DNA of 64,000 nt from Ostrea edulis (Eukaryota). Location of the stretch: contig NC_079171.1 of NCBI RefSeq assembly GCF_947568905.1, forward strand, positions 32,984,001 through 33,048,000, given 5' to 3'. The position numbers and the translations under genes were made by a program. The stretch's first letter is position 1. Each line of letters starts with the position of its first letter. Positions 1 through 11,896 of this stretch are shown one piece after another. Below the pieces are notes generated by a model, which did not search any database, was not told where the DNA came from, and was given only the letters and a program-made list of their open reading frames with translations.

Positions 1-1287
1 ACAATAGTTTGGGATCACCCTCTAAAAAGGGTCATGCTGGGGTAGGGTTTTTAGCCCTTTGCCCCAAATCGACCCCATGGGGCCATACAGTGGGCCCCGT
101 AATATTAGCCCCTTAAAAAAATTGGGGCTGACCCCATCAAGTGGGCCTCAGTCAGCAGTTTAAAAATTCTTAACCCCCCTTTGGGGACCCCTGACCCCAA
201 GAGGGCAAATTTGCCTCACAGGGGCCGAGAACGGACCCCTCTTAGGCCCCAGCCCCAATTGGGGTCCTCTAGCCCCATCGACCCCACAGCTACAAGTCTT
301 CCATTAAAGGGTGTCACCCTGAGACACTTGGGCCCCAAGGGGGCAAATGAGCTCCATGGGGCTCCAAGCCGTTCCCCTGAAAGGCCCCTGTCCCAATTTG
401 GTTCCCCTAGCCCCAACCACTCTCGAGCCCCATAACTTGCAAAAAGGGTCGAAATCGGCCATGGGGGGCTCTGTTGGAGGGTTCATATCTCGGGACCGGA
501 AGTATCTAAGGACCCCATTTCTTGGCCCTGGGCCCCTCGAAGACCGTTCTATTGACACCCTGGAGGGCAGGTCCTTAGAATGGCCGAGAATAGTTTGGGG
601 TCACCCTCCTAAAAGGGTCATGCTGGGGTAGGGTTTCTAGCCCTTTGCCCCAAATCGATCCCATGGGGCCATAGAGTGGGGCCCATATTATTAGCCCCCA
701 CAAAAATGTGGGGCTGACCCCATCAGGTGGGGCTGAGTTAACAGTCTAAAAATTCTTAACTCCCCTTTGGGGACCCCTGACCCAAAGGGAGCAAATTTGC
801 CCCACAGGGGCCGAGAACGGACCCCTATAAGGCCCCATCCCCAATTGGGGTCCTCTAGTCCCATCGACCCCACAGCTACAAGTCCTCCAGTAAAGGGTGT
901 CACCCTGAAACACTTGGGCCCCAAGGGGGCAAATGAGCCCCATGGGGCTCCAAACCTTTCCCCTCGACGGCCCCTGCCCAAATTTGAGTCCCCTAGCCCC
1001 ACCCACTCTCCAGCCCTATCATTTGCAAAAAGGGTCGAAATCGGTAAAGGGGGCTCTTGGAGAGTTTATATCTCGGGAACGGAAGTACTTAGGGACCCCA
1101 TTTTTTTGGCCCCCGACCCTTCTAAGGGCCTTCTGTAGACACCCGGAAGGGCAGGTCCCTAGAGGGGCCGACAATAGTTTGGGCACACCCTCTTAAAAGG
1201 GTCATGCCAGAGTAGGGTTTTTAGCCCTTTGCCCCAAATCGACCCCATGGGGCCATACAGTGGGGCCCCAGAATATTAGCCCCTTAA
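1..1287. repeat. GC-rich tandem array, ~585-bp unit (2.2 copies visible), ending in ...ATTAGCCCCTTAA; probably the subterminal array of a TTAA-type DNA element
   Basis: ACAATAGTTTGGG recurs at 1 and 1171, with a variant copy at ~587. The array stops abruptly at TTAA (~1284-1287). Confidence 0.8.
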
Positions 1288-2030
1288 GCCTCATGGTCAA
1301 TATATGTTAAATCTTATTAAATATTGATAATAGGGACTAATATGAGTCTTCAAACAATGTATATTTTATATCATAAAGAAGTGTGTGAATTTCCGTTTAA
1401 TAATTCATACTCTACAGAACACCTTTATTGTGTTTAGTTATAAATTATACATCAGTGAGACAAATATGAGTGCTCAGGGTATAATACACGATAAGGACAT
1501 ATGCTTCACATGTCATCACAAAACCCTTTAAGTAGCATTCTTTGTGCTTAAGTGACGAAAGTTAAAATACCTCAGGGATTACATATACATCTGTTGAAAG
1601 TTTCCACACACTACTAAGTAATAACACTTTCATTGTAACTTTCTTTATCTTCAGATTATACGTAATTTCTATATATTTTCATCACCAGTTTAAAGGAGAA
1701 ATGAAAGAAATGAACACATGTCATAATTTTCCAAACTCGTATATTCTTTTGTTAAGATATTCATACATAGATATGACGTTAACATTTTTTAAGTTTCATA
1801 TATATATTTTTCAGATCTACAAAATGGAAAGAGAGGGATTTGGAAGACAATTATTTCAATAAAGATCTCTTAATAGCTTTTTTTTGTAAAGTAAACTGTT
1901 TGGGGAAAATATACTATGTACATGATTAGCATACGTTCTAAAAATCCTTACAATATGTAATGAGAGGATACATAGCATGAAAATTATTCACAAACAAAAA
2001 AATACACTATGTTGCATACCGGTCATGTAC

Positions 2031-2500
2031 AAGCAGTGTAACAGTATACAACATTAATAAAATACACACATAAGAAACTTAAATGTCAAGGCTAGTCTGT
2101 GGCCGAGAGGTAAGCAGTGTAACAGAGTATAACATTGATAAAATGTACACATAAGAAACTTAAATGGCAAAACGAGTCTGTGGCCGAGAGGTAATCAGTG
2201 TAACAGAATACAACATTGATAAAATATACACTACACATAGAAACTTAAGAGTCTGTGACCGAGAGTTGGCGGGGACGGATCCAGTTGTCGAGCGAGTCTG
2301 TGGACGAGAGTTGACGGGGGCGGATGTAGTTGTCGAGCCAGTTTGTGGCCGGAGTTGATGCAGTTGTTGAGCGAGTCTGTGGTCGAGAGTTGGCGGGGGC
2401 GGATGTAGTTGTCGAGCCAGTTTGTGGCCGAGAGTTGATGCAGTTGTTGAGCGAGTCTGTGGTCGAGAGTTGGCAGGGGCGGATGCAGTTGTCGAGCGTG
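2031..2500. repeat. Composite tandem array: 81-bp units (2031-2250) followed by alternating 45-bp and 35-bp GC-rich units sharing AGTCTGTGGCCGAGAG
   Basis: AAGCAGTGTAACAG-like motif at 2031, 2112 and 2193. Alternating 45/35-bp units follow over 2250-2500. Confidence 0.85.
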
Positions 2501-2584
2501 TGTGACGTAACCAATTAGGTTTACATGGTGGATACATATACACATAAAGTAAGATCCCTATAAAAAGAGGGAAGAAAAACAACG

Positions 2585-3324
2585 TTAATCCCGCTTATCT
2601 ATTTGCACAGACATTGGTGGAAATTCTTGCATGGATTCATTGTCCATCATTTGAATCACTCTCCTTCTTTTACACATCTTTATAAGTTTTCTAAGACACA
2701 TTATCATGGTGCACAGAATTAGTAGCCCACTTGTCCCACTAATGACATAAATTCAATGGGTATCTAAAAAAAAAAAAATGACAAGAAAAAAAAAGAAGGA
2801 AATAAACATTTCATGAAAAATATGTCTAAATGTTTTAAGATATTTTAGTAAAAACATACCTAGAGTAGTCAGTGCAAGAGCCATGACGGTTGTTGGTGCA
2901 GTTGTTGACCAAATCAATGTGCTTGTGTGTAACTAAAAAAAAAAGAAAGATAAAAGTACCACATTATTTTCATTTCTTCTCTCTTTTTTTTTTTTTAATT
3001 TTATTTTATTTCTAAAACAGATAAATTTAAATAAATTACCCTTTCACAGTCCTTTCCATTCACTGTAACATTTACATTGCGCAGTCTTTCCAGCAGTATT
3101 GCGCAAGGGACACTTGATTTTTCCACTCTCAACACTTGCAAATTTGGAAAGTTCACATCAGTTGCGTTGAAACTACGCAATTCTCTAACAGCAATCTCTG
3201 TAATTTTAGGGGAGATGAAGGTGGTCTTTTTACACTCTAAAGTGCTGGAGATAAGGTTGCAATCTTGGTAAAATCTCGCACGTACCCCCAAAATTAAGAA
3301 AGCTATCCAAATTACATGCATCAT
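2585..3324 (-). pseudogene. Three-exon gene for a small type-I membrane protein (signal peptide, Cys/LRR-like ectodomain, Thr-rich stalk, TM, basic tail) with an in-frame TGA
   Basis: Exons 3324-3040, 2932-2860 and 2763-2585 have GT-AG boundaries with matching phases (0, then 1). Translation: MMHVIWIAFLILG...DCER|LHTSTLIWSTTAPTTVMALALTTL|DTH*IYVISGTSGLLILCTMIMCLRKLIKMCKRRR...KRD*. Confidence 0.65.
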
Positions 3325-3569
3325 CTTCAAACTCTAACTAATTTATAAGAAGTGATTTCTTTTGTCGTTTTTGTTTACAGACTACGGATATGTAATGGTC
3401 AGCTCGAAGAGTGGGATAGGGGTAGTGCAGGTGTCTAGGTTTGACCATTGCTACGTAATTGATCACAACAATGTGCGAGAAAATCCCCGCATTGTATGTT
3501 TTAATTTGATAACCATGTAAAATAAAGATCGAAGATATAAATGTATACATGATATTATGATGAAATTTA

Positions 3570-3990
3570 TGTTCAACTAGTTCTAATTGTAACGGGGACC
3601 GTTACATATGTTCCCCAAACCTCCCCCAATTAAGAAGTGATGTCATTGTAAACCTATAGCAAAAAATCATTTTATTTTAACCTTTAATTACATGTAGTAC
3701 GTTCAATATGGTTATTTCAGTACCAAGAAATGAAAGAAAGCGTTGCACGTGCATACACGCGCACATGATTCCGAATTTTATGTTGATGTCGTTCAACAGG
3801 CATTTGTATCATATACTCACAGTATGAATTTCATAACGTTTCCACAAAATATAAGGAAGTTGTAGCGATTTTAAAATCGTCCAATCAGAATTCAGCACAC
3901 GTGCATGCACGTGCTGAACAATAATTCTAACTAAATTCTCGAGAGGAAGGCCAAACAAGATATAATTTATTAAGTGATTGGACAGGAACA
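3570..3990. repeat. Dispersed repeat, second copy at ~20630-21500
   Basis: Shared AACTAGTTCTAATTGTAAC..GGACC.TTACATATGTTCCCCAAAC head. A CACGTGCATGCACGTG palindrome lies at ~3899-3914. Confidence 0.75.
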
Positions 3991-4094
3991 CGACTTTGCG
4001 ATTGTTGTCGAACTACTAGAAATGAGTGAATGAATAATGTCGTTAAGTCACAATTCCTCCGACTAATTGAATTCAAAGACATGTATGATAGTTA

Positions 4095-4241
4095 CTTACG
4101 GCCTTTGAGCAGGGAGGGATCTATATCGCGCCAAACCTGCTGTGTCACGGGACTTCCGTTTTAACGGTCTCATCCAAAAGGACCGGGACTTTTACGGATG
4201 GCAAGGGGTACCGAGGACCTATTATAACCCAGATCCCCATA
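4095..4241 (-). mobile_element. Fragment of the abundant SINE-like repeat
   Basis: Matches the GAGCAGGGAGGGATCT...CTAACCCGGATCCCC core seen at 12196, 20049, 26174 and 38884. Confidence 0.7.
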
Positions 4242-4358
4242 GAATATTTCCCCGACTGACTGAATTCAAAGGAACTGTTGCTAGTGAGGACCGGGAACCT
4301 AGTGTTCCGTCAATTATCTGCCCCCCCCCCCCCCCCCCCTTGTAAGCTTATAATGTGC

Positions 4359-6268
4359 TCAAGCGATCAAACTAGGATATTTCCCGAGGTACTCCACCAC
4401 AAAAATATTCTTAAACGATTGATTTTCTAACCAAGAAACTCTCTTTTTATAAGTAGAGTCGGCTCTCAGTGATACGTAGTAGCAACATATCTTCACTACC
4501 ATTGATGACACTGACTGAGATTCCAGGGTTTCGTATTTCACAATACCGCGACGTTTTACTGGATATTGAAATTGGTTCTTTCTCAAACTTACACTTTCCG
4601 ATTCTCCAGTTTCTGATTTGATAAAATAGGTTTTCGGCTGACCTTTAGGTGACTCCCAAACCCCACAATCATCTGAGAAAGCGTTTTTCATATTATGAAC
4701 GTCTGTTTGCACATTCATAAGGTTTTGAACAACAAAATACACATCGTTTTTAATGCCCTTTGGAATGGATGGGTGAGCTGATAAAAAAGTGCAATTCTTC
4801 AAAACATTAACCAAGGAATTAACTCCAAGAAACGAATTATGCAGACAACCATAAGCTAAAGGATGAACGGGAAAAAAATTATTTATGTGATCCATGCAAC
4901 CTGGTGTGTATGTATCGGAATTATGTGAAGAAGCTTGTAACTGAGGTTGACTAATAGCGACAGCTACTGAGTACGACTCTTCAAGACCAGTGCATTTTCG
5001 CGGGAAAAGGGAAGAATCTGACATTGGGTACACAGGCGAGTCAAAGTTTTGCTTATCTAGGGAGTCGGGGTCCTGGTTTTCAATTCCAGAAGTTAGTTCT
5101 GGAGATGGAAAAGAACCAATATTATGACATAAGTAATCGACCTGGTGAGTTTCAGCATTTACTGTAGGCATTTCAGAATTAAGTAACATTGGTCATATTC
5201 AGAAATAATGGCAGGGGTCCCGAGTTCGGCATTATCTTTAGAGAAGCTATCAAACACTAAAGATGAAGTGGTCTGGATAGTGTCGGTACCCGCTGTCTGC
5301 TTTTCAGTAGTAGCGTAGCAGTGGTCATGATCAGTTATCATACCAGGCGTCATACATGAAATATCTGTAAAGGGGTCGTCAACGACTGGCGATGGAGCCA
5401 ACAGCAGGGGGACACAATGGTTCGTCCCCTGCGACCCTTCCGTTTTATTCTCAATACTTGACCATAGAATATACACAGGGTTCTTCCTCGTCTTCTTCAG
5501 AACACGAGGTTTAAATTCGCGATTCGAGATGGACCCGGACTGGTTCTGAGGGCCATTGACTTTCGGATAAACTGACATTATTGACCTTGTGCATACAGAA
5601 GCAGCAGCATGTATTGTCCATTCGCAGGAAAAAGCAAAATTGTGACCACAATTCCTCAAGGCTTTACTGTAAGAGGCACAAACTGATGAGAAAGTTCTAC
5701 TCCCGAGGTGTTGACTCAAATAAAACTCCTTATACTGAAACATCTCAATGAAAGTTCTAACCCTAATTTCTGATGCTAGGTATTCATCTCCTTGTATAGC
5801 CACAGAAAGCGCATTAAATAAACTGTTTCCATTGCACCTGACAACAACAGGAAGGTACTCGGAAGGGCCTAACAAATGGGTTGCTACCGTATCCTTTATC
5901 ATACCCTCACTAAACCGTACAGCCGAACCAGACTTCATTCGCCTTTGCAAAAAACGCATGAAAATCTTTTCCATTTGCACTTGATCCTCAATGTTCCCCG
6001 ATTCAAATGCTTGTTTAATACGCGCCAACGCCATATCGAAACTGAACTCCCCGTTTTCATTATCACAACATTGCGAACATACATATGGTACAGAAGATTC
6101 TTCCATATAGCTGATATCAGACGTTAACAAACGTTCACAATTTTTATGATACCATTGATGGCAGTTGGCGCATTTTACTGCACAGTATCGATAGTGTTTA
6201 AACTGGCAAATGCCACAAGGATATGACAACTCCTGCACATTTTCTAGCGAAAACATTCCTGCTATCAT
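4359..6268 (-). pseudogene. PHD finger + vertnin-type OTU-like domain + DDCGVW domain protein, split by a frameshift at ~5189; probably transposon-borne
   Basis: C4HC3 motif CGIC...CANCHQWYHKNC...YVCSQC; OTU-like YLPVVVRCNGNSLFNALSVAIQGDE...EIRVRT. The second ORF overlaps in another frame and contains FSDDCGVW. Confidence 0.65.
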
Positions 6269-7229
6269 TTTGGGTGACTAGGAATTAAATGTGATCGACT
6301 TAATACAGAAGGTCTAAAACTCAAATTGTTAACGTGTACGTAATGGGATTTTTCGGTTTTCTTTTCGTCTATACGTTCTATCAACAGTAGAGGCAAATTG
6401 TCTATTTTGATACCACTACGTTAGAATATCTACATTCGTATGAAAGTATGAAATTAAAATTCAACCTTTTGCAGAAATAAAGATTAAAAATCACTCGCAT
6501 TCGATATAAATATTGGATCTACCCTCGCAGAAAAGAAAAATATAGAGATACAATCCAAGCACAAATACCATGTAATACGGATATATTTGTAACAATGAAT
6601 TTCGCGAGAAAAATGCACGTTTACCGCTCTCTTTGTTTACTCGATATTACCCGAATGAGTGAATAATATTAATAACTCGTACTCGTAATAATCTGATCAG
6701 TCACCGATATTTTCCCCCCGGATCATTTTAAAATACATGGAAGATTATCATCTAAAATTTGTTAACAATCGTTTGGAATAGAAATGAATGTCTGAACAAA
6801 ATTCGTTAGTATTGCCACGAACACAAGATTTACGAAATACGCAAGTACAAGTTAAATTTCTGGAATAACTTATGGTATTAAGAGACTTCCACGGACAGAA
6901 TTAAAATTTCCGTATTTTCGCTGAACCTATTCTTTATTTCTTATCAATCCAAAGACAATAATTTTTTATTAAACGCCGTTTGACCTTTATTCATACCCAT
7001 CTTTATGTTTTTAAAGTAAAATACCATTGTTAGAAATCGTTTCATATGACCTTTAAAGAATGAATCCAATAATAACGTGTTACGAATACAATTTTTTTTT
7101 ATTTGTAAACATCGAAAGTGCTTGGTATATATTATAAAAAGGTTATGATATCAACTTCATAGATACAAATGTAGTGTATGTGTATATATCTCTTTACTTA
7201 CTGTACATATTAATGTATCGGGTAAATAT

Positions 7230-7407
7230 TGTTTAGTGCGGGAGATCGAGAAACACGTGTGAACAGTCTAACAAGTTTAATAAAGATGGTAGTCAAACAA
7301 AATACAGTGCATTCTGGGAATAGTGCAATACACACATGAAATATCGCGGGAAATTCAAACTGGGAAATAATCTTTAAATGTATTATGCTATTAATATATT
7401 ATAAACA
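7230..7407 (-). repeat. 3' LTR of Gypsy element
   Basis: Direct repeat of 11719-11896; polypurine tract adjacent at 7408-7418. Confidence 0.95.
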
Positions 7408-7695
7408 TCTCCTTCCTTAAGATTATAAATCTCAAAAATTTATCTTTACCAAAATTAGGAATAGTTGAAGCAAAAATAGATGTACAGTACATAGGAATTG
7501 AATTTTTCAATGTATCAAAATATCTTTATATAATGATTAGAGTTGACTGTCTTTATAACATAATTACATACAACTGTGTAATGTCTCTATTCACTTCCAG
7601 TGAAATGTGCAAAAATGAATACCATGTACATTAAAGTAAATGAATAGCAAAATAGCAAAACTGTTCAAAATGTCTGACATGACTTATGAATAAAT

Positions 7696-10659
7696 TCACA
7701 GCAAATAGTCACTTAGGTATTTGGGGCGTTTTATTTCGCGACCACTACGCCTTACGGTAGCTGGTGGAGTGCTACTCTGTGGAATGTTCGTAACAGGTAC
7801 ACTCGGAGTTTCATTGGTAAGTGGTGTGGTTGTTTCGGTACACAGCGATTCCTCTGAATTCTGGTTCCCCATCGGAATTTCCGGTTCCATAGCGGAAGAA
7901 CACTGAAAATCACTTGGCACAGATGAATCTTGCATTTCATCATTGACATGAAGCAAGTGCTTACGATTTCTCCTGAGGTCTCCACTGAGAGTTTTCACAA
8001 AGTATGAGCGGTTCGCGTAATCAGCAGATGTGACGATTCCTGCCTCATCCCAAGACTTTTCTTTATCAGTTTTCACCCTAACACGGTCACCTACGTAAAG
8101 TGGTTTTAAAGTGCGAGCTCCATGCATACGATTGAAGTTTACACGCATCCTGTGTTTGGATTGTCTGTCCTTTTCCCTAACTTTTCCTAGGTCCAGCCAT
8201 CCAGGCTCTAGTTGGTCAGAACAAATCGGAACGGTAGTTCTGATTTTACGTCCCATGATGAGTTCAGATGGACTAGTACCTGTCGCATGTACGGGGGTAC
8301 TGCGGTAAGCCATTAGGGCTAGAAATACATCCGGCTGTTTGAGTATTCGTTTGGCTACTTTAACCGCACTCTCTGCCTCTCCATTTGCTTGAGGATAATG
8401 AGGACTGGAGAATGTATGATGAAATCCATAATCAATCGAAAACTGTCTGAATGATTTCGAACTGAACTGTCCACCGTTATCACTAACAAGTTCCTCGGGT
8501 ATGCCCCATCTGGCAAACATATTCTTTAATTTGCCAACTACGTGATTACTTGTGATATTGTCCAGGTAGGCAATCTCCAAATACCGAGAAAAGTAATCCA
8601 TCACTACAAGGTAATTTTTGCCCTGTAATTCGCAAAGATCAGCTCCAACCCTTACCCAGGGACGACTAGGAAGCTGAGTAGTTTTAAGTGGCTCACTACG
8701 CTGTGACGGACGGTTGGTATTACAAAACTCGCAACACCTGATCAAATGTTCCAAATCACTTGATAATCCAGGCCACCATACTGATGACTTTGCACGCTCT
8801 CTTGACTTGTTCAGTCCCAAATGGCCTGTATGTATCGCTGCGAGTACATCAGCTCTCAGGGATTCTGGAATCACTAGTCTGTCTCTATAGAACAGTATAC
8901 CATCAGACACTGAGAATTCGAATCTTGGCGCGAAATATGGTTTCAACTCCGCATACAATGAATTTTCTTTTTGCGGCCAACCTTGCATAGTGTATCTCAT
9001 GACGTCAGGTAAAATAGGATCTGAAGATGTTTCGTTACGAATTTCTTCCAATTTCTTATCTGATAATGGTTTCGTATTGACCACGGACGCTACGTATGCG
9101 GTAACATCTTCAACAGTATTGCTTTGATCACTGATATTGAGAGGACTTCTCGAAAGCGTATCCGGAACCACGAGCTGTTTTCCTGGAACATGTTTCGCTA
9201 CGACATTGTACCTACGTAATCTCATCAGTAATCTCTGGCATCTCAATGGCGCTTTATTGAGATCTTGAGTATTAATCAGCGGTACTAACGGCTTATGGTC
9301 CGTAATCAGTTCGAATGATCCAATTCCCATGAGGTATCGGTCGAATTTCTCGCATGGCCACACTCCGGCCAAACATTCCTTCTCAATTTGCGCATATTTA
9401 CGCTCTGCCTCGGTAAGTGTGCGAGACGCAAATGCGATTGGTTTAGTCTCTCCATCCACAACTTGAAATAGCGCTGCACCGATACCGAAACTACTTGCAT
9501 CCGCACTAACGATAGTGGGTCGAGTCATATCGTAAAATGCAAGTACTGGCGCTTCTGTAATGAGTTTCTTCACACGGTCAAACGTACTTTGCTGAGATTC
9601 ATCCCAAGTCCACGCTGTGTCTGATTTTAACAGATTATTGATAGGGTTCATGATACTGGATAGATCAGGAACAAATCGACCAAGATAATTGATCATCCCG
9701 ATAATACGACGCAACTCACTGATGTTAGTCGGTGGTGGCAAATCCAGAATAGAGCGCACACGTTCTGGACTAGGTTGAACACCATCTTTCGAGATGATGT
9801 GTCCAAAATATTCAATTTTCTCCTTTCGATATTCGCACTTGTTGGGATTTAGCTTGATCCCTGCATCTCTAATACGATCCAATGCTGCTTTTAATCTGCG
9901 GTCGTGTTCATTGCGTGAAGATCCATAGATGACGTCATCTATTATCGACTCTACGCCTTCCAACCCAGATAGTACTTCTCCCATGCGCCTTTGGAATATC
10001 TCGGGTGCTGACGAGATTCCGAACGGTACGCGCGTGTAACAGTACCTTCCAAAAGGAGTAATAAATGTAGTCAATTTTTGACTGTCCTCGTGCAGTTTAA
10101 GTTGATGAAATCCTGATGCTGCATCCAATTTAGAGAATATGGTCGCTTCGCTTAATTTCGGAGAGATATCGTCCAGATTCGGTAGCATGTAGTACTCACG
10201 TTTAACGGCTTCGTTAAGACGCTTCAGATCGATGCAAATACGCACATCACCGTTTTTCTTTGTTGCTGGAACAATTGGTGCACACCAGTCAGTAGGTTCA
10301 TTAATTTTACGAATGATACCATCATTTTCTAGTTTGTCGAGTTCTGCTTTCACTTTCGGCATAAGAGCGAACGGTATTCGTCGAGCAGTCGTAACACAAT
10401 ACGGTTGCGCATCAGATCGGAGAACAATTTTCACTGTGTCACCTTTCATAGTACCTTGATGTTCTATGACACTTCCTATCTTCTGAATGAGACCCATGGT
10501 AGACGCAACTGATCTTGATAGAAGATTATTCTGAGAGTCGGTGCTTGGAATCACACCTACGTGAAATGAATAAGGATGATTCTTATGTCGAGTAGTAACC
10601 TTGAATTTTCCAAGTGAGTGAAGATCACCGTTTGGCGTTTGTAGTTTGCTGTTGTTCAC
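7696..10659 (-). CDS. pol: Gypsy pol: protease C-terminal part, RT, RNase H, integrase
   Basis: RT motifs FSKLDAASGFHQ and IIDDV; RNase H DAS...YAQIEKE...TDHKPL; integrase HHCC (HTGHLG...CEFC) and D-D-E (DYFS, SDNG, GEAE). Confidence 0.95.
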   Translation of the reverse strand: MNNSKLQTPNGDLHSLGKFKVTTRHKNHPYSFHVGVIPSTDSQNNLLSRSVASTMGLIQKIGSVIEHQGTMKGDTVKIVLRSDAQPYCVTTARRIPFALMPKVKAELDKLENDGIIRKINEPTDWCAPIVPATKKNGDVRICIDLKRLNEAVKREYYMLPNLDDISPKLSEATIFSKLDAASGFHQLKLHEDSQKLTTFITPFGRYCYTRVPFGISSAPEIFQRRMGEVLSGLEGVESIIDDVIYGSSRNEHDRRLKAALDRIRDAGIKLNPNKCEYRKEKIEYFGHIISKDGVQPSPERVRSILDLPPPTNISELRRIIGMINYLGRFVPDLSSIMNPINNLLKSDTAWTWDESQQSTFDRVKKLITEAPVLAFYDMTRPTIVSADASSFGIGAALFQVVDGETKPIAFASRTLTEAERKYAQIEKECLAGVWPCEKFDRYLMGIGSFELITDHKPLVPLINTQDLNKAPLRCQRLLMRLRRYNVVAKHVPGKQLVVPDTLSRSPLNISDQSNTVEDVTAYVASVVNTKPLSDKKLEEIRNETSSDPILPDVMRYTMQGWPQKENSLYAELKPYFAPRFEFSVSDGILFYRDRLVIPESLRADVLAAIHTGHLGLNKSRERAKSSVWWPGLSSDLEHLIRCCEFCNTNRPSQRSEPLKTTQLPSRPWVRVGADLCELQGKNYLVVMDYFSRYLEIAYLDNITSNHVVGKLKNMFARWGIPEELVSDNGGQFSSKSFRQFSIDYGFHHTFSSPHYPQANGEAESAVKVAKRILKQPDVFLALMAYRSTPVHATGTSPSELIMGRKIRTTVPICSDQLEPGWLDLGKVREKDRQSKHRMRVNFNRMHGARTLKPLYVGDRVRVKTDKEKSWDEAGIVTSADYANRSYFVKTLSGDLRRNRKHLLHVNDEMQDSSVPSDFQCSSAMEPEIPMGNQNSEESLCTETTTPLTNETPSVPVTNIPQSSTPPATVRRSGREIKRPKYLSDYLL

Positions 10660-11633
10660 ATGTAATTTTCTGACATGATGGAAATGTCAGCACCAGTATC
10701 AATCTTGAACGGAATCTCTGAACCACAAACTTTAAGTTTAACAAACCACGGTTCTCCCTCGTTGCACGCGGTCACTGAACCTAGAAAGTAGTCATGATGA
10801 TCATTGTCGTCGTCGACAATTTCACGAACACCGGCAACAGTGTTGGAACGACAGCACACTGCGAAATGATTCCTACGGTTGCACTTTCTGCATCGCCGTC
10901 CATGAGCTGGGCACTGACCCTCGTAATGTTTACGATTGCACGCTCCACACAACGGTAAATTCGCATTCTGTCGGTTCTGATTATTAGATCCTCTGTCGCG
11001 ACTAGACTGTCCACCGCGAGTCCGTTGCGCACCTCTTCCACGATTTACTTGGTGTGGCGGATCTTGAGTATGACGTTTCACCCGTACCGCATCCAAATTT
11101 TTGGATTGTAGATCTCTAATTTGAGATTTCACTAATTCAGAATTCCTGGCCATTTCTGACGCTTTCTCAAGAGTCAAATCCTTGGTTAGCTGCAGTTTCT
11201 CTGATAGTCCTTTGTCGTTGATGCCAATAACAAGTCTATCTCGGATTGCCTCGGATCTGTTAGCAAAATCACAATGTTCTGAGAGTTCATGCAGTGAACG
11301 AATAAAAGTTTCGACTGATTCTCCTTGAGCTTGCGATCTCAGGTGGAATTTGGCCCTTTCGTGAATCACGTTACGTTTGGGTACAAAATAGTCATCGTAC
11401 TTCTTCAGAATTACCTCGAACTTTGTCTCATCTTCCCCGTCACCAAATACGAAAGACTTAACTATGTGTTCCGCCTGCAGTCCCATGGCATATATCAATG
11501 AACTAATTTGGATGGCTTCATCCTCCTTGTCAAGTTTCGTGGCGGTTCGGTACCTGCAAAATCGCTGTTTCCACTCCGGCCACTCGCTTGGTCGGCTAAA
11601 GTCGAACGATTCTGGCGGGTTGAATTTAGGCAT
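10656..11633 (-). CDS. gag: Gypsy gag plus N-terminal half of protease
   Basis: Zn knuckles CGACNRKH...C and CRKCNRRNHFAVCC; aspartic protease motif FKIDTGAD. Confidence 0.93.
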   Translation of the reverse strand: MPKFNPPESFDFSRPSEWPEWKQRFCRYRTATKLDKEDEAIQISSLIYAMGLQAEHIVKSFVFGDGEDETKFEVILKKYDDYFVPKRNVIHERAKFHLRSQAQGESVETFIRSLHELSEHCDFANRSEAIRDRLVIGINDKGLSEKLQLTKDLTLEKASEMARNSELVKSQIRDLQSKNLDAVRVKRHTQDPPHQVNRGRGAQRTRGGQSSRDRGSNNQNRQNANLPLCGACNRKHYEGQCPAHGRRCRKCNRRNHFAVCCRSNTVAGVREIVDDDNDHHDYFLGSVTACNEGEPWFVKLKVCGSEIPFKIDTGADISIMSENYM

Positions 11634-11718
11634 AATGGTTCAGAATATCGGAAATGTCACCTGAAAAACACTTACAGTCTCTAGGCGTTTCCTTACTGTG
11701 TTAAGTCTTCTGACACCA

Positions 11719-11896
11719 TGTTTAGTGCGGGAGATCGAGAAACACGTGTGAACAGTCTAACAAGTTTAATAAAGATGGCAGTCAAACAAAATACAGTGCA
11801 TTCTGGGAATAGTTCAATACACACATGAAATATCGCGGGAAATTCAAACTGGGAAATAATCTTTAAATGTATTATGCTATTAATATATTATAAACA
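11719..11896 (-). repeat. 5' LTR of Gypsy element
   Basis: Direct repeat of 7230-7407; PBS immediately internal (11707-11718). Confidence 0.95.

Larger units (their letters stand above)
7230..11896 (-). mobile_element. Gypsy/Ty3 LTR retrotransposon (Mag-like), full length
   Basis: 178-bp TG...CA LTRs (7230-7407, 11719-11896) differ at 2 positions. 5-bp TSD AATAT at 7225-7229 and 11897-11901. PBS TGGTGTCAGAAG (tRNA-Leu-type) and PPT AAGGAAGGAGA adjoin the LTRs. Confidence 0.97.

Noticed and set aside
181-1196. Pro/Gly-rich ORFs on both strands
   Set aside because: They are shadows of the GC-rich 585-bp tandem repeat; frames are not conserved between units.
2160-2582. Mucin-like STTASAPANSRPQTR ORF
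   Set aside because: It lies in a 45/35-bp tandem array downstream of the spliced gene's stop; unit lengths shift frame and no splice link was found.
2753-2755. TGA as selenocysteine
   Set aside because: No redox motif context and no SECIS recognised; TGG-to-TGA is simpler.
10640-10670. Programmed gag-pol ribosomal frameshift
   Set aside because: No X-XXY-YYZ slippery heptamer; the break falls inside the protease with residues apparently missing, which fits a small deletion.
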